64,000 bases of DNA from Tagaea sp. (GTDB lineage Bacteria > Pseudomonadota > Alphaproteobacteria > CACIAM-22H2), in NCBI GenBank assembly GCA_044224405.1, contig JBGAKN010000001.1:416973-480972 (forward strand). Reading direction: 5' to 3'. Below the pieces are notes generated by a model. It saw nothing but the letters and a program-made list of their open reading frames with translations, had not been told where the DNA came from and did no database searches. Of this stretch, positions 1 through 7,321 are shown piece by piece; the stretch's first letter is position 1, and each line of letters opens with the position of its first letter. The position numbers were made by a program, and so were the translations under genes.

Positions 1-534
1 AATCTTCTTGCCCTTGAGCGTGCCTTCCTTCGACTTGATGAACTGAAGGATCGCGTCCATCTGCGAATAGTAGGTGGCGGGCAGCGTGAACATCCACGGG
101 AAGATCCGGCCGTCCGAACCGTCCGAGCGGCCATAGCCCGAGGTGAGCATCGGGATCTTGTCCTGCGCGGTGCGCTCGATCAGGGCGTAGGTGATGCCGG
201 TCGACAGCGGCACGATGGCGGTGGCACCCGTCGGGCCCTTGCTCTTCAGACGCTCGTAGCACTCGACGCCGCGGTCGGTGTTGTAGGCCGTCTCGCACTC
301 TTCATAGGTGATCTTGACGCCGTTGATGCCGCCGTCGCGCGCGTTGATCATCTTGAAATAGTCGATGAAGCCGTCCGCGAAGGGCGTGCCGTTCGGCCCG
401 AACGGGCCGGTGCGGTACGAGAAGGACGGAATGAACTGTTCGTTGGCTTGCGCCAGTGCCGGGGCCGGAAGTGCCATCGGGGCTGCCAGGATGGCGGCGC
501 CGAGCAATGCGGACCCAAAGCGGATAAGGCTCAT
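1..534 (-). CDS. Branched-chain amino acid/aromatic acid-type ABC transporter substrate-binding protein (LivK-like), N-terminal part; gene continues beyond window start
   Basis: Reverse-strand translation from ATG at 532-534 gives MSLIRFGSALLGAAILAAP...signal peptide followed by a typical Leu/Ile/Val-binding-protein fold sequence (TGPFGPNG..GINGVKI..YEECET..); not in ORF track because truncated at window edge. Confidence 0.8.
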   Translation of the reverse strand, partial: MSLIRFGSALLGAAILAAPMALPAPALAQANEQFIPSFSYRTGPFGPNGTPFADGFIDYFKMINARDGGINGVKITYEECETAYNTDRGVECYERLKSKGPTGATAIVPLSTGITYALIERTAQDKIPMLTSGYGRSDGSDGRIFPWMFTLPATYYSQMDAILQFIKSKEGTLKGKKI

Positions 535-691
535 CGGGCATTCTCCCTGTTGACGTGACGTCTGTTGCCGGGGGGTCCCGGCTGGCCGTTTGCGGCCTTG
601 GGCAAGACCTTACGACAAGCCCGGTCCGCCGCCAAGGCCCGGAAATATCGCGGTGATTGGCCGGCGCGACCGGCAGGGTTATGCGTACATA

Positions 692-721
692 TTGACACAT
701 TCAAATTTATCGATGTATAGA
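692..721 (+). promoter_or_regulatory. Putative sigma70-type promoter of arsR (TTGACA-N18-TATAGA) ending about 6 nt before the arsR ATG; overlaps imperfect inverted repeats (ACATTCAAAT / TTATCGATGT) that could be the ArsR operator
   Basis: Hexamers read directly in the sequence; position relative to ATG 728 suggests a leaderless or very short-leader transcript. Confidence 0.35.
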
Positions 722-727
722 TCGACC

Positions 728-1036
728 ATGATCGAAATCTGCAAGGCGCTCGCCGATCCCGCCCGGCTCAAGATCCTCGAATTCCTGCGGCGGCCGGATT
801 CGCAGTGCTGCACGTTCGCCGACCGGGTCTGCGCGTGCGACATCGAGCCGCTGCTGGGCCTGTCGCAGCCGGCGACCAGCCATCACATGCGCATCCTCGT
901 GCGTGCGGGTCTGGTCACGTCCGAGAAGGACGGGCGCTTCATCTATTACCGCCTGAACGGCCCGGCCTTCGCCGAAGCCGTCGAATATCTCGGCCGTTTC
1001 GTGCGTGCGCCCCGCAAGGCGCAGCGCGTGGCCTGA
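728..1036 (+). CDS. arsR: ArsR/SmtB-family metalloregulator (As(III)-responsive repressor)
   Basis: HTH of ArsR family with the C-x-C metalloid-binding motif (RVCACDIEPLLGLSQPATSHHMRIL); adjacent to arsC/aqpS; internal ATG chosen because the longer ORF-track start would cover the promoter. Confidence 0.85.
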   Translation: MIEICKALADPARLKILEFLRRPDSQCCTFADRVCACDIEPLLGLSQPATSHHMRILVRAGLVTSEKDGRFIYYRLNGPAFAEAVEYLGRFVRAPRKAQRVA

Positions 1037-1058
1037 AACCCGAAAAAGGAGTCCGCAA

Positions 1059-2516
1059 ATGGAACAGCTTCCCGTCGCCGTGATCGGCGCAGGCCCCGTG
1101 GGCCTCGCCGCCGCCGCCCATCTCCTCGCGCGCGGCTTCACGCCCGTCGTGCTGGAGGCCGGCCCTTCGGCCGGGCACGTCGTGGCGCAATGGGCGCATG
1201 TGCACATGTTCTCGCCCTGGTCGTTCAACATCGACGCGGTGTCGCGCCGGCTTCTCGACAAGGCCGGATGGACGGCGCCGAAGGCGACGGATGTGCCGAC
1301 CGGCGGCGAACTCGTCGAGCAATACGTGAGGCCGCTGGCGGCGACGCCAGAGCTTGCGCCTCACATCGTCTATGGCGCGAAGGTCGAGGCGGTCGCGCGC
1401 GCGACGCGCGACAAGCTGCGCGATGACCGCGACGGCGATCCGTTCGTGCTGCGTTATCGCAAGGACGGCAAGTCCGTCTCGTTGCGCGCGCGCGCCGTCA
1501 TCGACGCGTCGGGAACCTGGTCGTCGCCCAATCCGCTCGGCGCCAACGGCCTCGCGGTCGACGGCGAAGGGCAGGTCGCACGCGCCATCGGCTATGGCAT
1601 TCCCGACGTCGGCGGCATCGACCGGCCGCTCTATGCCGGCAAGACCACGCTGGTGGTCGGCGGCGGCCACTCGGCGATCAATGCACTTCTCGACCTCGTC
1701 GCGCTGCGTGCGTCCGATCCGGGCACGCGCGTTCTGTGGGGAATCCGGCGCGCGAACCCGACACGCGCCATCGGCGGCGGTGCGGCCGACGCGCTGGCCG
1801 AACGCGGCGCGCTCGGCACGCGGCTGGAGGCGGCGCTTGCGGCCGGCGATATCGAACTGGTCACTTCCTTCGCGATCGACGCGCTTGCGCCGGTCGCGGG
1901 CGGGATCGCGGTCGCCGGGCGCACGGGCGCGTTCCCGATAAATTTCGTGGTCGACCGGATCGTCGCCGCGACGGGCTTCCGGCCCGATCTCGCGATGCTG
2001 CGCGAGGTGCGCGTCGACCTCGATGCGGCACTCGAATGCACGCCGGCGCTGGCGCCGCTGATCGACCCGAACATCCATTCGTGCGGCACGGTGCGCCCGC
2101 ACGGCGCGATCCAGCTCGCGCACCCGGAAAAGGATTTCTACATCGCCGGCATGAAGAGCTACGGCCGCGCGCCGACCTTCCTGCTCGCCACCGGTTACGA
2201 GCAGGTGCGCTCCATCGCGGCCGCGCTCGCGGGCGACATGGAAGCCGCCGCACGCGTCGAACTCGACCTGCCGCAGACAGGCGTCTGCTCGGTCACGGTG
2301 CGCGAAGCGGCGGTCGCGGAAGCCGGCTGCTGTGGCGGCCCGCCGGCACCCGTCGAAGCGGCACCATGCTGCTTCAAGGAGGTTCAGGTGAAGAGACCGG
2401 AACCCGTCGCGCAAGCCGGCTGTTGCGGGGGGCCTGCGCCCGCCGAAACCGATGCCTGCTGCGTCAAAGATGCCGAAGCGAAGGCGGCCGGCAAGTCCGG
2501 TTGCGGCTGCAGCTAG
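1059..2516 (+). CDS. FAD/NAD(P)-binding flavoprotein oxidoreductase (ArsO/CzcO-like) with C-terminal tail rich in vicinal cysteines
   Basis: Two Rossmann motifs (VAVIGAGPVGLAAA.., TTLVVGGGHSAINALLD); C-terminus contains GCCGGPPAP..PCCFKE and GCCGGPAPAE..ACCVKD repeats then GCGCS; RBS AAAGGA 8 nt upstream of ATG 1059; immediately downstream of arsR. Confidence 0.8.
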   Translation: MEQLPVAVIGAGPVGLAAAAHLLARGFTPVVLEAGPSAGHVVAQWAHVHMFSPWSFNIDAVSRRLLDKAGWTAPKATDVPTGGELVEQYVRPLAATPELAPHIVYGAKVEAVARATRDKLRDDRDGDPFVLRYRKDGKSVSLRARAVIDASGTWSSPNPLGANGLAVDGEGQVARAIGYGIPDVGGIDRPLYAGKTTLVVGGGHSAINALLDLVALRASDPGTRVLWGIRRANPTRAIGGGAADALAERGALGTRLEAALAAGDIELVTSFAIDALAPVAGGIAVAGRTGAFPINFVVDRIVAATGFRPDLAMLREVRVDLDAALECTPALAPLIDPNIHSCGTVRPHGAIQLAHPEKDFYIAGMKSYGRAPTFLLATGYEQVRSIAAALAGDMEAAARVELDLPQTGVCSVTVREAAVAEAGCCGGPPAPVEAAPCCFKEVQVKRPEPVAQAGCCGGPAPAETDACCVKDAEAKAAGKSGCGCS

Positions 2517-3171
2517 CGCAGCAGGCGGCGGGCAAGGACGGCCGCGACGGCTGCGCCCGCGCATTGCGCGACGATGAATCCCGGCGCATCGGCCGGCCGG
2601 ATGCCGGCGAAGCTATCGGTCAGCGCGCGCGCCAGCGTCACGGCCGGATTGGCGAAGCTGGTTGACGCGGTGAACCAGTAGGCGCCTGCGATATATCCGG
2701 CGACGGCGGCGGGCACGTTCGGCGCGCTGCGCTTCGAAGCAAGCAGCACGATCAGCAGAAGCCCGAAGGTCGCCACCGCCTCGGCGAACCATTGGGGCAA
2801 TCCGGCGCGGATTTTCGTGCCGGCCTGGAACAGCGCCACATCGAACATGCCGTGCGCCGCGAGCACGCCAAGCACGGCGCCGGCGATCTGCGCCAAGAAA
2901 TAGGGCAGCACGTCGGTGCGCGGCAGGTCGCCGCGCGCGGCCAGCGCCAGCGTGACCAGCGGATTGAAATGCGCGCCCGAAACAGGGCCGAGTGCCGCGA
3001 TCAGCGCGTAGAGCACGCCCGCGGTCGCGATCGCGTTGGCGAGCAAAGCGAGCGCGACGTTCCCGCCGGAAAGCCGCTCGGCCATGATGCCCGAGCCGAC
3101 GATCGCCGCCAGCAGCAGGGCGCTTCCCGCGGCTTCGGCAAAGATGCGTGCGGTCCGGTCGGCGGTCACGC
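2513..3171 (-). CDS. aqpS: Aquaglyceroporin (MIP family) of ars operons, arsenite channel AqpS-like
   Basis: Two NPA motifs (HFNPLVT, FANPAVT) and six TM segments; GTG start overlaps arsC stop (GTGA); the 396-aa ORF in the track is run-through in the same frame. Confidence 0.8.
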
Positions 3172-3672
3172 GGGTTCGGTCTTCCGGCCCATCTCGTCGA
3201 CCTTGCGCTTGATCTCGAGCGTCGTGAGCGATGCCATCGGCAGGCTCGCGAAGATGCGGATGCGCCGTTCGATCATGGCGAACACGTCGGCCGTGAAGGC
3301 GGCCTTTTCCGCATCCGTGCCTTCGAACGACGAGGGATCGGGAAAGCCCCAGTGCGCCGTGATCGGCTGGCCCGGCCAGACCGGGCAGACCTCGCCGGCC
3401 GCGTCGTCGCAGACCGTGAAGACGAAATCCATCACGGGCGCGCCGGGTCGCGCGAATTCGCCCCAATCCTTCGAGCGGAAGCCGGACGTGTCGAAGCCGA
3501 GCCGGTCGAGCAGCGATTTGACGGACGGATTGATCCGGCCCGACGGCTGGCTGCCAGCACTGTAGGCGCGGAAGCGCCCTTCGCCGTGCCGGTTCAGCAG
3601 CGCCTCGGCCATCACCGAACGCGCGGAATTGTGGGTGCAGAGAAACAGGACATTCTTGCGGGTATCGGTCAT
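3166..3672 (-). CDS. arsC: Arsenate reductase, LMW-PTPase/thioredoxin-coupled type
   Basis: CTHNSARS P-loop motif, 168 aa, typical ArsC of LMW phosphatase family. Confidence 0.9.
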   Translation of the reverse strand: MTDTRKNVLFLCTHNSARSVMAEALLNRHGEGRFRAYSAGSQPSGRINPSVKSLLDRLGFDTSGFRSKDWGEFARPGAPVMDFVFTVCDDAAGEVCPVWPGQPITAHWGFPDPSSFEGTDAEKAAFTADVFAMIERRIRIFASLPMASLTTLEIKRKVDEMGRKTEPA

Positions 3673-3732
3673 GACGCGGCCTGCGCTCGTGGAACGGGAT
3701 CAAGAATATGCGGCCATCGCGTTACAGTCATG

Positions 3733-4488
3733 TTACGCCGACGTCAGGCCCAGCACGGCAGCCGCGATGGCGCGCGGGCGCTCGCCGATGCCGGTCGCGA
3801 CGGCGCCGGCCTGCGGGTCGATTTCCAGAAGCTTTGTCCCGATGACGACGTCGACGCCGTCATGGACGAGGCCGCGGATCGTGCCCGCAAGCGGTGCCGC
3901 GATCGGCGCGCCATCGACCGTCGCGACCGGTGCGCCGGCAGCGACCTTGTCGCCGATGCGTGCGTTCGTGCGCAGCGTGCCCGAAACCGGCGAATAGACA
4001 AGCCGCTCGCGCCCGGCGCCGCCCAGCGGCTTCGGCTCGCCCGCAAGCGCCAATGTCGCCCCGTCGCGTACGATGCGGCCGAGATCGGTCCAGCTCGTCT
4101 CGACGGCGACGTGGCAGTTCCTCCAGGCGTCGAAGCCCGGCCCGAGGCCGATGGCGAGCGGCGCCTGCCCGCGCAGGTCTTCGGGTTCCGCGCGCTTGCG
4201 CAGGCGCGCATCGACCAGCATGTCGGGCCGGAAGGCGCCCCGCACGGCATCGTAGGGCAGGGACGTGGCGACAAGGCCTTCGCCGATACGCGCAAGATCG
4301 TCGGCGCGCCTGCACTCCAGCCCTTCGAGTGCCGCGCGCCCGTCGAACATCGCGTCGGCGAAGCTCATGCCGCGCCGGTGCGTGGTCGGGTGCGCGACGT
4401 CGTGGATCAGCACGATGTGCTCCGCCATGCGCAGCGCGTGGGCGACGGCCGAGCCGACATCGCCGATCCCGCGCACGAGGACGCGCAT
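3733..4488 (-). CDS. YqeB/EF2563-family protein (family normally associated with selenium-dependent molybdenum hydroxylase systems)
   Basis: MRVLVRGIGDVGSAVAHAL N-terminus, MSFADAMFDG, AIGLGPGFDA and VETSWTDLGRIV motifs resemble TIGR03309-type proteins; start codon 2 nt downstream of livM stop. Confidence 0.55.
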   Translation of the reverse strand: MRVLVRGIGDVGSAVAHALRMAEHIVLIHDVAHPTTHRRGMSFADAMFDGRAALEGLECRRADDLARIGEGLVATSLPYDAVRGAFRPDMLVDARLRKRAEPEDLRGQAPLAIGLGPGFDAWRNCHVAVETSWTDLGRIVRDGATLALAGEPKPLGGAGRERLVYSPVSGTLRTNARIGDKVAAGAPVATVDGAPIAAPLAGTIRGLVHDGVDVVIGTKLLEIDPQAGAVATGIGERPRAIAAAVLGLTSA

Positions 4489-4490
4489 CG

Positions 4491-5567
4491 TCAGTGCGGG
4501 AACGGCCAGAGCCGCAGCTTTTCCTTGCCGATCTGCCAGAGCCGCGCGAGGCCGTGCGGCTCGGCGATCAGGAAGAACACGATGAGCGCGCCGAAGATCA
4601 TCAGCTCGAAATGCGCGATCGTGGAGGTGGAGAGCGGCACGCCCATGGCCGTGGGCACCACGTTGAGGAAGATCGGCAGCAGCACGATGAACGCCGCCCC
4701 CAGGAACGAGCCGAGGATCGAGCCGAGCCCGCCGATGATGATCATGAACAGGATCTGGAACGAGCGGTTGATGTCGAAGGCGAGGGCCTCGACCGAGCTC
4801 GTGTAGATGAAGGCCCACAGCGCTCCCGCAACGCCGCAGTAGAACGACGAGACGGCGAAGGCGAGCAGCTTGGTGTGCAGCGGGCGGATGCCGATGATCT
4901 CGGCCGCGATGTCCATGTCGCGGATCGCCATCCACGCGCGCCCGATTCGCCCGCGTACGAGATTCTTTGCGACGAGCGCCAGCAGCGCCACGAACGAGAG
5001 GCAGAAAATGTACTTGGCGTGCGAGGTCGCCTCGATGCCGGTGACGTAGAAGCCGAAGACCGCACGCGGCGGTGCCGAGATGACGCCGGAGGCCGAATAG
5101 TTCACGAACCACGGCACCTTCGTGAACAGCCAGATCAGGAAGAACTGCGCGGCGAGCGTGGCGACCGCGAGGTAGAAGCCCTTGATGCGCAGGCTGGGGA
5201 TGCCGAACGCGACGCCGACGGCGGCCGTGACGCCGCCCGCCAGCAGGAACACGAACACGATGTTGAGTTCGGGGAACGCGATCGCGAGCTTGTAGGCCGC
5301 GAAGGCGCCGCACGCCATGAAGCCGCCCGTACCCAGGCTGAGCTGCCCGCAATAGCCGGTCAGGATGTTGAGGCCGAGGGCGGCGACCGAAAAGACGAGG
5401 AACGGGATCAGGATCGTCGACAGGAAATAGTCGCTCGCCACCATCGGCGCGCCGACGAACGCGACGAGCAGCAGCAGCGCCAGCGCGATCCGGTCCTGCA
5501 GGATCGGGAAGATCGCCTGGTCTGCGGCATAGCTCGTCTTGTACTGGCCGGCCTCGCGGTAGATCAC
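4491..5567 (-). CDS. Branched-chain amino acid-type ABC transporter permease (LivM-like)
   Basis: 358 aa polytopic membrane protein with LivM-type sequence. Confidence 0.85.
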   Translation of the reverse strand: MIYREAGQYKTSYAADQAIFPILQDRIALALLLLVAFVGAPMVASDYFLSTILIPFLVFSVAALGLNILTGYCGQLSLGTGGFMACGAFAAYKLAIAFPELNIVFVFLLAGGVTAAVGVAFGIPSLRIKGFYLAVATLAAQFFLIWLFTKVPWFVNYSASGVISAPPRAVFGFYVTGIEATSHAKYIFCLSFVALLALVAKNLVRGRIGRAWMAIRDMDIAAEIIGIRPLHTKLLAFAVSSFYCGVAGALWAFIYTSSVEALAFDINRSFQILFMIIIGGLGSILGSFLGAAFIVLLPIFLNVVPTAMGVPLSTSTIAHFELMIFGALIVFFLIAEPHGLARLWQIGKEKLRLWPFPH

Positions 5568-5571
5568 GTCG

Positions 5572-6507
5572 TCACACCCTCTCGATGATGCGTTCGCCGA
5601 ACAGGCCCTGCGGGCGGAACATCAGGAAGAACAGCGCGAGGATATAGGCGAACCAATCCTCGATGCCGCCGCCGATCTTCGCGGCCCAGAATACCTCCGC
5701 GACCTTCTCGCCCACGCCGATGATGAGGCCGCCGATGATGGCGCCGGGGATCGACGTGAAGCCGCCGAGGATCAGCACGGGCAGCGCCTTCAGCGCGACC
5801 AGCGCCAGCGAGAACTGCACGCCGAGCTTCGAGCCCCACATGATGCCCGCGACCAGCGCCACGATGCCGGCGACCGACCAGACGATCACCCAGATCGTCT
5901 GCAGCGGGATGCCGACCGACTGCGCAGCCTGATGGTCGTCGGCCACCGCGCGCAGCGCCCGCCCGATGCGGGTCGACTGGAAGAAGAAGGCGAGCGTGGC
6001 GACGAGCGTGCCGGCCACGAGAGCCGCGACGATGTCGAACGTGTTGACCAGCACGCCGCCGATCTCGATCGGGTCCTTCGGGATGCCGACATCGAGGCGC
6101 TTCACGTCCTCGCCCCACAGCATCTGGAAGAAGCCGTCGATGAAGAAGGTCACGCCGATCGTCGCCATGAACAGGATGATCGCCGGCTGGTTGACGAGCG
6201 GGCGCAGCACGACGCGCTCGATCGCGAAGGCGAGCGCGATCATGGTGGCAAGCGCCAGCAGCAAGGCGAGCCACTGGGGCGCCCCCAGTTCGTTGAAGCC
6301 CACGAACGAGAGGGCCGCGCTCAGCACCATCGCCCCTTGCGCGAAATTGAACACGCCCGAGGCCTTGAAGATCAGCACGAAGCCCAGCGCCACGAGGCTG
6401 TACATGACGCCCGTCAGCAGGCCGCCGACCAGCACCTCGACGAAGAAGGTCGGGAATTCCCAGATCTCCTTGAGCGGGCCGAAGAGGAAGTCGAGGAGGA
6501 AATCCAT
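5572..6507 (-). CDS. Branched-chain amino acid-type ABC transporter permease (LivH-like)
   Basis: 311 aa, typical LivH sequence (..GGLIIGVGEKVAEVFW..). Confidence 0.85.
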   Translation of the reverse strand: MDFLLDFLFGPLKEIWEFPTFFVEVLVGGLLTGVMYSLVALGFVLIFKASGVFNFAQGAMVLSAALSFVGFNELGAPQWLALLLALATMIALAFAIERVVLRPLVNQPAIILFMATIGVTFFIDGFFQMLWGEDVKRLDVGIPKDPIEIGGVLVNTFDIVAALVAGTLVATLAFFFQSTRIGRALRAVADDHQAAQSVGIPLQTIWVIVWSVAGIVALVAGIMWGSKLGVQFSLALVALKALPVLILGGFTSIPGAIIGGLIIGVGEKVAEVFWAAKIGGGIEDWFAYILALFFLMFRPQGLFGERIIERV

Positions 6508-6518
6508 CTAGCGGCGCC

Positions 6519-7319
6519 TCATGCGTGGCTCGTGCCGAGATAGGCGTCGATGACCTTGGGGTCCGCCTTCACCGTGTCGGGCGTGCCGTCGGCGATCTTG
6601 CGGCCGTATTCGAGCACGACCACGCGGTCGGAGATGTCCATCACCACGCCCATGTCGTGCTCGATCAGCGCGATCGTCGTGCCGAACTGCTCGTTGACGT
6701 CGAGGATGAAGCGGCACATGTCCTCCTTCTCCTCGAGATTCATGCCGGCCATCGGCTCGTCGAGCAGCAGCAGTTCTGGCTCGGCGGCGAGCGCGCGACC
6801 CAGTTCCACGCGCTTCTGCAGGCCATAGGGCAGGCGGCCGACAGGCGTTTTCCGGATCGCCTGGATTTCCAGAAAGTCGATGACGCGCTCGACGACCTCG
6901 CGGTGCGCGATCTCCTCCTTCTGCGCCGGCCCCCAGTGCAGGCACTGCCAGAAGAAGCCGCGCTTCATCTTGAGCATGCGCCCGGTCATGATGTTGTCGA
7001 GCGTCGACATGCCGCGGAACAGCGCGATGTTCTGGAAGGTGCGTGCGATGCCGTTCTTGGCCGCTTCGTGCGGGCGCATGGCGCCGCGCGCCAGACCCTT
7101 GTAAGTGATGCGCCCTTCGCTCGGATGATAAAAGCCGTTGATGCAGTTCAGCATCGACGACTTGCCGGCACCGTTGGGCCCGATGATCGCGCGGATCTCG
7201 CCCTTGCGGATGTCGAACGAGACGTCGCTGAGCGCACGTACGCCGCCGAAGCCGAGGCTGACGTTCTCGACCTCCAGCAGCGTGCCCCCGATTTCCCGCG
7301 CGACGGCCGGACGCGACAT
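6519..7319 (-). CDS. ABC transporter ATP-binding protein (LivG-like)
   Basis: Walker A GPNGAGKSS, signature and Walker B LLLLDEP; ATG 7317-7319, 2 nt after ligase stop; the 687-aa ORF in the track is antisense run-through. Confidence 0.9.
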   Translation of the reverse strand: MSRPAVAREIGGTLLEVENVSLGFGGVRALSDVSFDIRKGEIRAIIGPNGAGKSSMLNCINGFYHPSEGRITYKGLARGAMRPHEAAKNGIARTFQNIALFRGMSTLDNIMTGRMLKMKRGFFWQCLHWGPAQKEEIAHREVVERVIDFLEIQAIRKTPVGRLPYGLQKRVELGRALAAEPELLLLDEPMAGMNLEEKEDMCRFILDVNEQFGTTIALIEHDMGVVMDISDRVVVLEYGRKIADGTPDTVKADPKVIDAYLGTSHA

Positions 7320-7321
7320 GC

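Noticed and set aside
939-2564. 541-aa minus-strand ORF across arsR and the flavoprotein gene
   Set aside because: Antisense shadow ORF typical of high-GC DNA. It has Arg/Ala/Gly-rich low-complexity translation and no RBS or domain. The forward-strand genes have clear homology.
2513-3703. 396-aa ORF presented as a single protein
   Set aside because: Only the C-terminal 219 aa (aquaporin) are real. The N-terminal part is run-through in a frame overlapping arsC, which is in another frame and has clear homology.
3148-5588. Long plus-strand ORFs (552 and 564 aa) over arsC, yqeB and livM
   Set aside because: Shadow ORFs with extreme Arg/Asp/Glu/Gly composition, opposite to well-supported genes.
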